Below are positions 13,561 to 25,870 of a stretch of 64,000 bases of DNA, piece by piece. The DNA is from Vicugna vicugna. Lineage: Eukaryota. Every line of letters starts with the position of its first letter. Position 1 is the first letter of the stretch. Under the pieces are notes generated by a model that saw only the letters and a list, made by a program, of their open reading frames with translations, was not told the DNA's origin and ran no database searches. The stretch covers positions 12,602,357-12,666,356 of the forward strand of contig MU063570.1 in assembly GCA_013265495.1 (NCBI GenBank), given 5' to 3'. The position numbers and the translations under genes were made by a program.

Positions 13561-14149
13561 TGGATGTATTAGTGCTCTATGCTGATATAATCAAACACTA
13601 AATTGCGTGTGCTTGTGTGGGTGGGCGCACGGGCCTCACATATCATTCTCTGACCTTGAATTGTACACAAATCATTAGCGTCAAACTGGAGTCGCCGACT
13701 GCTCCCCACCTCGCATCTTTGCCTGGCCGACTTCCATCAGAGCTGCTCCCTCTGTGTCTGAAACACGTTTTACAAAAGAGAAGGTGAAATCATACAGCTA
13801 GGAAAGGGCAGAAATCTGTAAAGAAAAAAGAAATCACCTGTCTGTCTCTGGTTCTCCTGGCTGGCGGGTTCCATGTTGGAAAGGGTCTGACCCAGGAGTA
13901 CCCAGGCTTCATGAAACCCTCTCGGTGGCTCACACGACAGCTTCTCTTCCCTGTTTACAGATTCACTGCGGGGCCTTCTGTCAGTGACTGAATCTGAAGA
14001 GGGAGAGGAATGGTGCAAAGAGGAAGGCCTGGCCAGCAAGAAGGGGAATTCAAACATGCTGAAGTTCCAGACTTTGTTCAGTATTCACTGCTGAGATGGC
14101 ACGGGCATTTAGCACAGGAGAAGGGCCTCACTGGGTGAGAATAAAGGGA

Positions 14150-14705
14150 ACTTCCTCCTAACATTTATGGGCCCAGGGCAAGAGTACAGAGGTGGACTAC
14201 ATACCGTCTGCTTCATATTTATTTGTTCTACATCAAGCTATTAAGTAAAGTATATTCCATCATCTGACCTTGACAATTGTAACTTTGCAGCAACCGGGAA
14301 GGCCAGGTTTAAATGCAGTGTGGGTTCCCTGGACCACGCAGTTCCCTTCCCATCCCTGGCTCTGTGCTGTATAGACCACAGGGGCCTCCCACACTTGTGG
14401 GACCCTCCAGTCCATACCTCCAAGGTCCATACACACCCTCCTTGTCCACTCTTTGGGCCAGGAGGTGCCCACAGCTGTGTGTCTACCTTCCAGAGGAAAG
14501 ACCTGGGGAAACAGACTTGAGGCTCTCTGGGCAGGGAACATGGGGGTTCCAGGTGTGCAGAACACAGTCTAGAAAGGAAGACATGGGCTCTTGTGTAGAT
14601 GACTTGCCCGGTAGGGAAGGGTGGCCAGAGGAAGACCCAGCTGGGCCCTCTAGAACTGGTGGTCAGGGCAGGGGCCCCTCACTGCCTGTGTCTAAGGCCA
14701 TAACC
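14150..14705. mobile_element. MER102-like hAT DNA transposon
   Basis: 'atttatgggcccagggcaagagtaca...cataccgtctg' at one end and 'gggccctctagaactggtggtcagggcaggggcccctcactgcctgtgtctaaggcc' at the other; family name recalled from memory. Confidence 0.6.
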
Positions 14706-15681
14706 AAAGGTGGGGAAGACTTAAGCAGGAACGAGTTTGTCACAGTCATTAAGACTGCTCAGTTCACTTGGGGGAAACAAGGGTAAGTCGGGAGCAGCCA
14801 AGCAGAGGGAAGAGAGGTTGGTGAAAAGAAAAGAGGAGCCCAGACCTGGACCACTTCTAATGAAGATAGGGACTCAATTTATTATTGTGTTATTTAGAGA
14901 ATGAAAAAAAAACTGCTTTTACAGAAGCCAAAGGGCTCTATAATTCAATGATGAGGTATGAAAGGTGAAAGCATGATGGTTTGGGAGCTAAAAGCAGGGG
15001 CTGAGAATAATTTTCCTGCAAGGTCACCTGGCCCCATCTTGCTTCTGTACCTTGTGACATCTGCCTGCTGTATACTAGCCCCTGAACCCATCCACAGTGA
15101 AGCATTCCACCATTATTTTACTCACTGGAAGAGAGAAAAATTGAAGGTTAATTTTGATCCCCCAAGGAGAAAAAAATTACTTTTTGGAATATTGAATATG
15201 TGGAATATTGAATATAAATATTGAAGATTAAACTACACAGAGTATAGTTGCTCTGTTTGAAATTACACTCTGAAGAATTAAAGAGAAAAAGATACTTTAA
15301 ATTTTGCAGGAATATGCTTTGTAGAAATTAAGAAAATTTTAATGATATTTATAATTTATCTCCATTTCATGAATTCTTTTTTGCTTTATGAATAAAATAT
15401 TTGAGAGATTTAGGAGGGAAGTAAATGAGTAACAAGTTCAACTTTATAGCAAAAAAGAAAAAAAACAAGATGCAATTTTGTGTTACTATTGTCCTAAAAC
15501 TATTTTTATCCATACTTAGCTTTATTCCCAGTCAGGTTAGTAGGCAGGGAATTTGAGAGTCCTTGAGTCCTTTAACCCCCTCTGCATTGTCCCTTCGCCC
15601 CTAAACATGTTGATGGCAGTTGTAAGGGGGAAGTAAGTGAATACAGTTGACTTCTGGTTTTCAAAAATTTATCATTCAAGA

Positions 15682-15812
15682 GGGGGAGGGTACAGTTCAG
15701 TGGTAGAGCGCATGCTTAGCATACACGGGGTCCTGGGTTCAATCCCTGGTACCTCCGTTAAATAAATAAATAACTAAATAAACAAACCTAATTACTGCCC
15801 CCCCAGAAAGAA
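15682..15812 (+). mobile_element. Camelid tRNA-derived SINE (Vic-1-like), full length
   Basis: gggggagggtacagttcagtggtagagcgcatgcttagcatacacggggtcctgggttcaatccctggtacctcc; 15-bp TSD aaaaatttatcattc at 15663-15677 and 15813-15827. Confidence 0.95.
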
Positions 15813-16356
15813 AAAAATTTATCATTCCAGATTTTTATTCATCACAAATAAAGCCAAAGAAAGAAAGTATAAGTAATTATACTGGAGTATGAATTTGAAG
15901 CCAGTCTGAGGCGCAAGCAAATCAGTGAGTTTGTGACTAAGCCCACAGTGGCCCAGAAAGGCCCAGGGTCTGAACCTTCTTTCCACTTCTGTGTTCCTGC
16001 TTGTCACCTACCTCAGAGTAGTGCTCAAGAAATGAGAATTTGTTGTTATTCATCACTACTGTTTAGATTTTCCAAATGTGATTAAGTTCATGTCTGTCCT
16101 TACTTTGAGAGTGATGTCACTGACACCTATGGTGGGAAATGATTTTTGTGGCATACATATTATTTTTAAAACTTAAAAAGTTCCTTCAGTCTCGTATTTG
16201 TCAAGTCATCATGGATCTGAAGGTGTGACCCTAATGAAATATTCACTTATAATTGGTTGTATTTTCTGGGGAAATGTGTCTGTCTGGTAGTATTTGCAAA
16301 TTTGGATGTAAGAATGTTTCTGGATGTATTCCCCTCACGTGTCAACAGTTTGTGGT

Positions 16357-16583
16357 GGATGTGAGGGCGATCTGGCTGCGACAAATACCCCATTGATCAC
16401 CAGGGTTGATTCAGCTGATGTGGGTGGCTAGGTGGGTGCCCCCTTCCTCCTGGGCGTCCCTCCCGAAGCTGCGCACTCCGTCGAAGAAGACGACCTTCCT
16501 CAGTAGAGGAGGATCGTTCTTCTCAATCAAGGGTACACGAGGAACTGCGCTCCCCTGCTAGAACCTCCAAACGAGCTTTCGAG
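16357..16583 (+). pseudogene. RN7SK: 7SK snRNA retropseudogene, 3'-truncated
   Basis: Starts at the exact 7SK 5' end (ggatgtgagggcgatctggctgcgaca) and follows 7SK to 'gctcccctgctagaacctccaaac'; flanked by TSD agtttgtggt (16347-16356) and agcttgtggt (16584-16593). Confidence 0.95.
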
Positions 16584-16869
16584 AGCTTGTGGTACAAGAA
16601 AAATCCTTGCTCTGATATTATCATAGAAGACAGATGAAAGGACAGAGATTAGGAAGTAAACACAAACGTACACAATTGTAATGTATTGCACTTGTAGAAC
16701 ATGTTATGTTCTTTCAAAATGAAGATTTCGTCTTCCTTTTGAGAGAGGAAGAAACGATATTACTGTGACTATTTCATAGATGAGAAAAAGATACAGAAAC
16801 ATTATGTAACATTCAAAAAAATCTCACAGCACACAAATGAACAAACCAAGGCTAGTGATGTCATAATAA

Positions 16870-17110
16870 GGTCAACATATTTTTAATACTTGAGTGTGAG
16901 ATGTTATGCTAAGCATTTCACAAATATTAATTCCTACCTTCACAGCCACCCTATAATGAAAGGTATTACTATTATTCTATTTTGCTGAAGAGGAAACTGA
17001 AACTCAGAGTATTTAATCACCAGCCTAAGAAGGATCACATAGCTCGTAACTGGAGCCAGTGTTCACATTCAGGTCTGTACGGCTCCAAATCCAAAGCTTT
17101 TCCACTCCAT
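16870..17110 (-). mobile_element. MIR SINE
   Basis: Antisense 'atgctaagcatttcacaaatatt...aggtattactattattctattttgctgaagaggaaactgaaactcagag'. Confidence 0.85.
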
Positions 17111-17179
17111 ATGCAACTTAGATTGGGTCTCCAGAGAGTCCTAGTCCAGTGTCCCTTCTGCTTCTTATATAGGTATTTA

Positions 17180-18560
17180 CTGACTCATTCAGTCATCTGT
17201 TCATTCATTCGTTCATGCATAGAGCAGGTCCTCTTTGCCAGGCACCGTGTTCTGGGAGTAGACACAGAGATGGTGAGGAGGAGTATCCACTCTTACCCAG
17301 CACGTGTCTGGGGAAGCCACTGTGTAGACAGCTAGATTACAGGGTCGCATGTGTAGCCAAGGATGAGAGCAAAGGGCAGCGTGGGTGGTTGGGGCAAAGA
17401 AACTCAAAGGCACATTTGAGCTGAATAGCAAAGATGTAGAAGTTGGTCAAAGAGAAAAAGGACTCCAGGACAGCGAACTGGATGGTCAAATCCACAGCAG
17501 GGTTTGTTGCTGGGGATATACTTAGGTGCTGGAGAGGGAGGGAAGAGTCAAAATGTGAGGGGCATTGGTGCCTAGCTCAGTGCTTTCCAAACTTACTTGT
17601 CCATTAGAATGACCTGGAATTTTTTAAAATGTCAAAACCAGGCCACCTCCCAGACCAGTGAACTCACAGTCTCTGGGAGTGGTACCCAGCATCAGTATTT
17701 TCCACAGCTCCCCAGGTGATTCCACTGTTCAGACAAGTTTGATAACCACTGGCCAAACAAGCAAGGAAGGACTTAGTCCTAGAGTATAATTAAAAGGGGC
17801 TTCTAGAAAATAAAAGACATGATCATTCTCATTTCTGGAAAAAGTAATTCTGTCCACACCCAGGGAGTGTCTGGAGGGCAGGATAAGCAAGGCCTGATGG
17901 TGGGCTGCAGGGGGGGCCTGCCCTTTGGTGTTCAAGACCTCGATTCAAAATAAAGACTCTTCTTGACCAAATTTAAATTTTGGTTCCCCTATCTGTAATA
18001 GGAATTTGTAGGATCTGTTTTGCTGAATTGTTATAGGGCTGGTGAGATAATATATATCACATATCTGACAGATTGTGTGGCTTTGGCAAGACACTCATAC
18101 ATATTACTACCCTTACCCCAGTGGAACAGTGATGAGGAGGCTGTATTGTGGTAGGTTGGTAGGGATTTCGATGGTAGGATAAAGTTGGAGGTGCAGGGAG
18201 AAAAATAAGGAGGAGCCAAGGCTGCTAAGGTTCTAGCGTGGGGGAGTGGATGAAATCCTACAGGGAGAGTGTTCACAAGGAGAGGAGAAGCCGTCAAGGA
18301 TAAGCCTTTGGGAACACCAATATTTAAGGATTAGGCAAGTAAGGAGGGAACAAAAGGAGGAAAAGAGAAAGAAGCAGCTGGGAGTCCCGGAGGCCTGAGG
18401 ACAGCCAGGCAGGAGTGAGGTCCTGAGGTCTGAGGGTGGCCACCCGGCAACCCCACAGAGATGTCAAGAGGTCAAGGGCTGGAAAATGGCAGGTGAATTG
18501 CATGGTGGTCCCATGTCTGCCAGGGAAAAGGAGGGTTTCCTCTTTAGTCCCAGCAGTTTT
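17180..18560 (-). mobile_element. L2 LINE in pieces (~17180-17570 and ~18120-18560), interrupted by MER5A and a MIR
   Basis: Tail 'tcattcattcgttcatgcatagagcaggtcctctttgccaggcaccgtgttctggg' and downstream 'gataagcctttgggaacaccaatatttaagga'. Confidence 0.7.
17578..17751. mobile_element. MER5A MITE
   Basis: cagtgctttccaaact...tctctgggagtggtacccagcatcagtatttt...agctccccaggtgattcc...aagtttgataaccactg, with terminal inverted repeats. Confidence 0.9.
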
Positions 18561-19614
18561 ACACACACGTGTATATTATGTGTGTTTACGTATGCATAGG
18601 TAGGTATGTACGTGTAGGCACACTCTCAAGACTTATTGGGTGCCGTGTGTGTGATCTGTGTGCCCGGCCTGAGCTGGAGCCGGAGCTGAGAGGATGGATG
18701 AAGTTGTACCTGACCAGGTCCTGGGGCTTCAGCAACATAAAGGCAGTGGATCTGCCACACTTCTCTTTATTTTGTGGGAGAGCAATGGCTGGCGTGATGG
18801 AACAAGGAAAAAATATGAGAAAGAGAAGATTAACGGACAGGGTGTTGACAGCATCTTCTCAGCCAGGAGCCATCCCTGGAACATCCCTACCTGTTTCCAT
18901 GAGATCCATTCATAGCAAGTCCTCTTTGGGAACCTTCTGGAATACGGCCACGAGAAAACTCTTTTCAGAGTGTCCATGAAACAGTCTGCAGAGGGACATT
19001 CTTTACGAGCAGAATGATTAACCTGCAGTGAGTCTGTTCCGGATGCTGCTAGGAAAGCTTCCATCCTCCCTTCCCAGGCGCTGGGGTCCCGCTCAGACCC
19101 CCACGGGCCACGTCCCTCCACCTCTGGGGCCTGAGAGTCAGTGATTCCAGCAACTCAGGTGTAGGGGGTGAGACGTCCTCGTTGACAAAAGAAAGTCCTT
19201 TCTGATGATGCTTACATTTTACACCTTGAAAGACTGAAGGCCTCTCTCCCAAGGCCTCGTGGAGGCAGCATGAGCTTATGCCTGGCTGACCTTGAACTCC
19301 AGGCACTGCTACAGTGGTTCCCAACCAACCACTGACCAAAGCCGACCCGCCCTGGGTAACCCAGGCTCCTCTGAGGGCAGACGGACTTGGGGGCTCCCCA
19401 GGCTGTGAGGCTAAGACCTTCCCACCGACCTTGCCCCTTCACTCGAGGGCAACTTGCACTGTGACCTGACGCCTCTCTCCTCATTTTCTCTCACACAAGT
19501 GTTTTCCCTTAAAACAAAAATCTTGGCACATTTGATACCATCTTCGTGTCTACATCTTGGAAGACCTGGACAAACACGCACTGTATTTAAGAGGATAAAC
19601 ATTCAAGCTTTCAA

Positions 19615-19790
19615 GTCAAGTCAAGCTTTCACACTCTGCTAATTAACCTCTCTGTCTCAGTTTACTTATTGGTAAATTGGGAATAGTGTTATTGTACTTT
19701 TTTGTAAAGTTGTGGTGACTATTAAATGAGACAATGCATGTCAATCACTGTTCCTGACACGTATTAAGTACTCATTGCTTGTTACAACTT
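19615..19790 (+). mobile_element. MIR SINE
   Basis: 'taacctctctgtctcagtttacttattggtaaattgggaatagtg...ttgtggtgactattaaatgagacaatgcatg'. Confidence 0.8.
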
Positions 19791-20639
19791 TTGAACTTAA
19801 TGCTATTTTCAGGGCTCTTTACTCCAATGTACTTCAAGGTATTTTATATAAAATATAGTAGAACCTCTGATCACGTTGGTGTCAGAAGACAAGACTTTTC
19901 AAGGTAAAGTCAGAGATGTTCTTCCTGTGAGTGCATATCTGGGGACCTGAACTGATCTACCATAATGGCAGATCCATGGCACGCTGAGATGGATGGTGAT
20001 TCTAAGGTCTCCAGCGGCCCTTGGATGTTGTGGTGCTATTATGTTTTGCGAGCTGGTGGAGGAATAATGCATGGTGGCATCCTCAGAGGTGAGGGATATA
20101 CCTCTGTCTTCTGTTTATTTTCACTCTAGCTTCTGGATTCCAGGCTTGTCATGGTAGACGGATAACTTCTCATCATGACTTTATTACAGAACACCTGACT
20201 TCTGATCCAGTAATGATAAATTCAGTCATAAAGGTGGTTCATTTTCTAAAATTCTCAGTGTCCCGTTATATCCTTGATCTCGAAAGCATTATATCCTGAA
20301 TTTGTTCACCAGTGTAACTGACTTGTGGGAAGCATGGAAGAGCCAACCGAGCAAGGCTGGGCTGATGACAGAACAGTCAGCAGTGGAGAAACTGTTTGCA
20401 TATTACCCTAAAACTGCGGGCAGTGCAGGAGCTGCCCCCATGCGCCTTCCCTACGGCTTCATATTTCAGAACACAGTACTTCTTTCAACAATTTTTACTG
20501 AGTATTAACTCGCTGTGTGGGATGCAAAGAAATATGTGACAAGCATTCAAGGAACTTACAGTGAATTCATTTTTTAAAATAAAGTCTCGTAATTTGACCA
20601 AATGGAATAATTTCCACTGGCATGGAAAAAAAAAATAAG

Positions 20640-21590
20640 GAGCCAAGAATCATTAGGCAACCCAGCCATAGTTCTGTCCTGGTCACAATTCCATGAATGA
20701 CTTGGATAAAGTTATAAAGGGCACGTTTATGTAGTTGGATACGGTGTGGGGCTGGGAAGAATAATGAATACAGTACATCGATAGAAGGAAGGGAGATTTA
20801 AAGAGAGCTTCAAATTTGGCTGTTGGACAGAATCTATCAAAATAAAGTATGTCAGGAGTCAGTGTAAGGCTTGCCAGCTACTGTGTGACTTTAAACAAGT
20901 TCCTTAACCTCTCTATGCCTTTGGGCCCTTAGGTATAAAATGGGGATAATGGCAGCCCCTACACACAGGCTTGTTCTCAGAATTTAACTCAATGCATATG
21001 AAGTGCTTACTGTGCCTGTCCCATCACAGATGCTCAGGAAATGTAGCAAGTCCTCCTTTCAGTCTGCAGCTGCCTGATGGAAGTGTGTGGTAGCCCAGAA
21101 AAGGTGGGGATGGTTCACTGTGACTGGTGCTTGTCAGACCACAGTATGTGGCATATGTCCAGTGAATACCACACTTTACAAGAGAGAGAGAAAAACTGGA
21201 TTGAGGGCAGAGAAAAGTAGCCACAGTAGTGAGAAAGCTTAAGATCATATGATGAAAGGTTAAAAGAACTAAGTATATTTAGCCTGAAGTAGAGAAGATT
21301 CGAGTAGTCCACAATAGCATTTTCTAATATTTGAAAGGTTCACACATTGTAGGTGGTTTAGACTTGTTCTCTCCCCAGGGGCCAAAGGTGGATATTTCAG
21401 AAAGATGAACTTCAGCTCAGTCTAAGGAAGATTTCGCTAATAATCAGAGCTGCTCAAGGATGGTGACAACTGCTTCAGGAAGATATGAGGTCCTTGTCAC
21501 TAGAGGTGATGCTAAGCAAGGTGGCCATTTGATGAATTGATGGGTGGACTTGGTGACCTTGAATGTCCAGTCTCTGAAATTCTGTGATGT
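20640..21590 (+). mobile_element. CR1/L3 LINE 3' region interrupted by a MIR (~20850-21015)
   Basis: RT-derived 'ccatgaatgacttggataaag', 'aaagaactaagtatatttagcctgaagtagagaagatt' and L3 end 'ggtggacttggtgaccttgaatgtcc...aaattctgtgat'. Confidence 0.75.
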
Positions 21591-22869
21591 TGAGAATAAA
21601 CAGGGCTATTGTAGTCAAGACAACAGGCAAGGACATTTACTATCAAGAAAAAGATCCAAAACCATCAGATCAGAGGCTGAGAGTGGCAAATTTCCTTTTG
21701 TGTTCACTGGGTAGAGGTGGGGTGGGAGGAGTGGGGTCTGGCACCACCATCGGGCTCTAGAGCAATCACTCCCCCCTCGCCTGTTCTCCTGGCTTTGCTG
21801 GGTGTATGTGAACCCATTAGCTCCAAAACAGACCTTCCGCCGGCTGGATGCATGCAGCCAAATAGTAGCTCAACAGACTGCTTACTGTTTATCTTTCTTA
21901 ATCTCCTTTAAACCTCTTCATGCCTCAGCCAGCAGTAAACCCCATCGCAGAGGTTAAGCCAGCTCCGCACTCCTCTTTCCTTTTGGTGTTTAATGTCACT
22001 GATATTTGTGTTTCCTGTTTGCTTTGGGCTCTGTTTGTTGTTTAAAATTACAAAACTTCATTACGCCTATGCTAATTAATTATCTGCTTTTATGTTGTAT
22101 TTTCATGGCGTTTTCTTACTTGAATTTTCCTTCGTTTTTCCACCGCTAGGATTTAAAATCTGAAACCATGTGGACGCTCCTGCACAGTTTTGCCTCCCTT
22201 TGCGTATATGTATTTATTGTTGTCTTAAAAATCTTTTAAGGTAACAAAACAGCATAGAGATTTATCCAGTATTATATGGTTTATTAGTTGCGATCTCCTG
22301 AAAAGTACAAGTAATGTTCTTCAATAATAGCAAGGATTATCATTGGCCACCAGAACGCTCCAGTAGTCATCCCAGAATCACTAAGTTTGGAAGTGAAAGA
22401 TAGCCACTTTTCTTAATGGTACAGATTTCTCTCAGCTTATGTGTGGCCTTAGCTCAGACTCCGTCCCTTCACAGAAGTTGCACAAGTGGCTTTTCTCCAA
22501 CCTTTAGCTGCCTGGGTATAAGACATCAGGATGAAGCCATTCCCATTCGTTTGCTTTCTGATGCCTGGCATTTGGCTCTGCGCGCTGCCTCCTTCTACTT
22601 CCACCATGTCTTTCTGTCCAGAGAATTTCTGGAAGCTAGAAGAGAGAGTTAAGGTTAGTCGCTGCCTGTGTCCTTCCAGATTCTCTACATTGCAAGTCCT
22701 TGTAATTGTCCTCTTTCCAACAGGAGGATCTTTCTCCTGACTCTTCTCCTCTGCCCCGATTGAATCTGACTTCATAAGTGATAAAAACTCTATTCATCTT
22801 ATTGCTTCCAAATCTTCTTTGACTACATCAGCAGGCACCCAGTTCACCCTACACACTTTCCATAAGGTA

Positions 22870-23180
22870 CTCGTTGCCTATGGGCGTTTCTCTCCATTCA
22901 TTCCATATATACTGAATCCCTCCCAGGCGCCTCGCCCTGTGCTGGGTAAGAACAGGGAAGATCAAAGCAAAATATTGGCATTGACCTCAAGGAGCTGTGG
23001 TCCATGGAAGGGGAGATAGATGGTGCAGTGCAGTGTGGAGTGAGACGGGTTACTGGCAAACTCAGGTGCATCTGGAGACCCAAGGAAGGACGCACATCCA
23101 GACAACAGAGAAGGGGTCAGTGGAGGGTGGGTGCCCTGAAAGAGGCTAGACCTTAGCAGTCTTCTAGGGGAGTGGGAGTT
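22870..23180 (-). mobile_element. L2 3' region
   Basis: 'cattcattccatatatactgaatccctcccaggcgcctcgccctgtgctggg...gacctcaaggagctgtggtcc'. Confidence 0.65.
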
Positions 23181-24639
23181 TTCCAGAGCTAACATTTGGA
23201 ACAGAACAATTTTTCTAAGGAATTTTGATAAGGAAGTGTGTAATGGGTTCCTCATAATGAGTTTATTTTGTTTTCCTGTAGACTCAAGAAATGTTTTGCC
23301 ACCATATTAAAGTTAGCACTTAGAAGGAGTTTCGGATACAGTCTCCACAGACCTGACTAGTCTCACGCTGTCCGAACGGTATCAAACCTTTGACGCCCAT
23401 GAGAAAGATGAGATAATGTGTATCAAAGCATTTTATAAAGTTAAGGGAACTGTACGATGTAAGGTTTCCCATTTAGGATTATCAAACAATCTTTTTGGAA
23501 TATTTTTCACTCCTTATAAATTCCCTGATGGTTTTAAATCTGAAGAACTGAAATCCTTGGGAAATAGGAAGCAAAGAACACTACGCAATGCATGTAGTTA
23601 TGCCACTAGGATGATAAATCTAGTACGTGTGTTGGAAAATGGAAAAAAATAGAGGGGTTGGTGCTTTTTAAAATTGCCTTAACTGTACACATCCCTGAAG
23701 CCGTTTTATTTGGACAGTTTTTTTTTCTGCTAACATATACGTTGATAAACTTTTTATTCTGACATTGGTTCATCTCTTTGCATGAAATTCTTTTTATCTC
23801 GCGGCAGCTTCATTCCCTCAGACCTCCAAACGTGTCAGACCCTGAGATTTATTATCCACCAGCATGTAGCACAGGATGAAGTTCACATTCAAATAGGGTG
23901 AGAACAGGATTGCTTACCATATGACACCTGCTCCAGTGACACCCCATTCATCCTCTGGCGAGTCTTCTAAAAACCTCAGATATTTAAGCATATCCAACTG
24001 TAGGGGTAGGAGACAGAGCTCAAATCACCGGGTTACCCCCAAGACCAAGTCTGTTGATTGGGAGTTGAAAGTAGATGGGGGTTAGTGATTACACAAGCTC
24101 GATTTCCCTTTCTCCAGGGTGAGAGCACATTTAGAAAATTGAGGGAAGCTGGGAGAGGAGATTGAGAAGGATCACAGTGAGCCTTCAGAGGGGCATCTGA
24201 GGCTCAGATTCCACAACCAGGTGGAGGCCATCCACAGGAGGTCATCTCTGTAGTGGAGTTTGTCTGACAGCTACCATGCTGCTGGAGAGAGCCCTAGAGG
24301 ACCAGAGTGCCCAGCATCACATGTTCTGCAGTAAAGGGCCGGCCTTAATCCCTCAAGAGCCCTGAACTCTGAGAGATGATCTTGAGCACGGAGTGGGATC
24401 ACGCCCAGGACAGAGATCTCCTCCCCTGGAGACCAGGGCTTTGCTCTCTGCTGTTACTACCCAGCCCAAATTAGCATTGAGTGAATCATCTGCAGCCTGG
24501 GTTATCCATGAAAATATTCCACACCTTTAACACAGAACGTGGAGAGATGGTTTTATGTGGTTCTCTGCCATTTAACAACATTAATTCTGTAGACCTAGAA
24601 GGGCCCTCAGAGCCCATCCACTGGGGTGTGGCACAGTGG

Positions 24640-25010
24640 GCATTGGAATCAACATCAGATGTGGAGTAAAATGTACTGGAACCCTGGCAAAAGGATTTGG
24701 TGTATAGTCCCTATTTCACCATGAACCCTTGTGGATTTGAGCGAGCCACTGTCCCTTTCTGGCCCTCAGTTTTCTCGTTGGGAACCGGAGAAGCTGAATT
24801 TGTAGCAAAAACAGGTGACATTTCTAGAACACTTACTACATGCCAGACACTGAGACGAATGCTTTGTAGACATCAGACGTAATTCTCAAACAACCTAGGA
24901 GGTGATTTTTCTGTTTTCAGGTGAAGAAACTGAGGCACAGAAAGGCTAAGGAACTCACCCAGGTCTCATAGCTGGTAACAGGTGGAGCTGGTATCTGAAC
25001 CCCATCCAGT
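24640..25010. mobile_element. Two MIRs in opposite orientation (+ ~24640-24800; - ~24820-25010)
   Basis: 'gccactgtccctttctggccctcagttttctcg' and antisense 'ggtgaagaaactgaggcacagaaaggctaaggaactcacccaggtctcatagctgg'. Confidence 0.7.
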
Positions 25011-25679
25011 CCCTTAACCTTGGGGGTACTGAAGTTTCTTACCCCATTAACATCTCCGATTTTCTGAGTAGGATGTTAAAGACCTTAGCAAGGGAATAAA
25101 CACTGAGGGGTTAGTACCAGCTTTGCTGCTCTCCTTGCGCAGACGTGATCAAAGAGCGTTGCCTCCTGAAGAGCCTTTTGTTTGCCTATCACCCAGCCTT
25201 GAAAACCCTGCACCCTGGGGACCTCCAGGCTCTCTCCATAATCCTCAAAGCATCCTTCCAGCTTGGCTCCCTCATCACACTCAACAAATTCACCTGCAGG
25301 CTCCTACCTGCTCCTCTTTCGCTCTGCTTATTTGAGCATATAAAGGCTATGTATTCTGTATCTGGAATACACGGGCATCCTCAGCAAGGTTAGTTGGGTT
25401 TTTTTGTTTTTTGTTTTTTACCATTTTCAAAGGGGGAACATACTATTATGAAAAAAGAAGGCACTTTTTTGATGGTACCACTTGAAACTGATGAAACTTT
25501 AAGAGCATTAGAAGCCTGTCCTTAGCTGCATGTATAGGTGGAAGCACCAATGAGGGGGCGCACATGGCCCAGATGTGTAGGTGCTGGCTGAGTGCAGGTC
25601 TGTGATGGACTCGCTTCCTGATTCAGGTCACTTAATTGTCTTAGTCTTTTGGTGTCATCAGTCCTTCACTTGTAACGTG

Positions 25680-25870
25680 AGAGGACGGTGATAACGTGCG
25701 TACTGTGCGTTCCCGTTGACAGGTTATTTCCACATATGTTATTTCTTTTAATCCTCACCTGCGAGGACAAGTATTTTATAAATAAGGAAACGGGGGCCCA
25801 TAAAGGGTACAAGAGTTGGCCAAGATCACCCAACTTATCAAGGGCAGAGCCAGGAGCCAAACTTCCTGTG
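25680..25870 (-). mobile_element. MIR SINE
   Basis: 'tttctttaatcctcacc...ttttataaataaggaaacgggggcccataaagggtacaagagttggccaagatcacc'. Confidence 0.75.

Noticed and set aside
14313-14786. 157-aa + strand ORF
   Set aside because: Lies mostly within the MER102-like transposon relic; no protein similarity recognised
15682-15760. tRNA-like sequence
   Set aside because: Head of a tRNA-derived SINE followed by a SINE tail and TSD; not a tRNA gene. Applies to all seven copies
23950-24480. Possible old LTR
   Set aside because: Could not identify termini or a family with confidence
25548-25561. CTCF-like motif caatgagggggcgc
   Set aside because: Several mismatches in the core; cannot be supported without a PWM score or ChIP data
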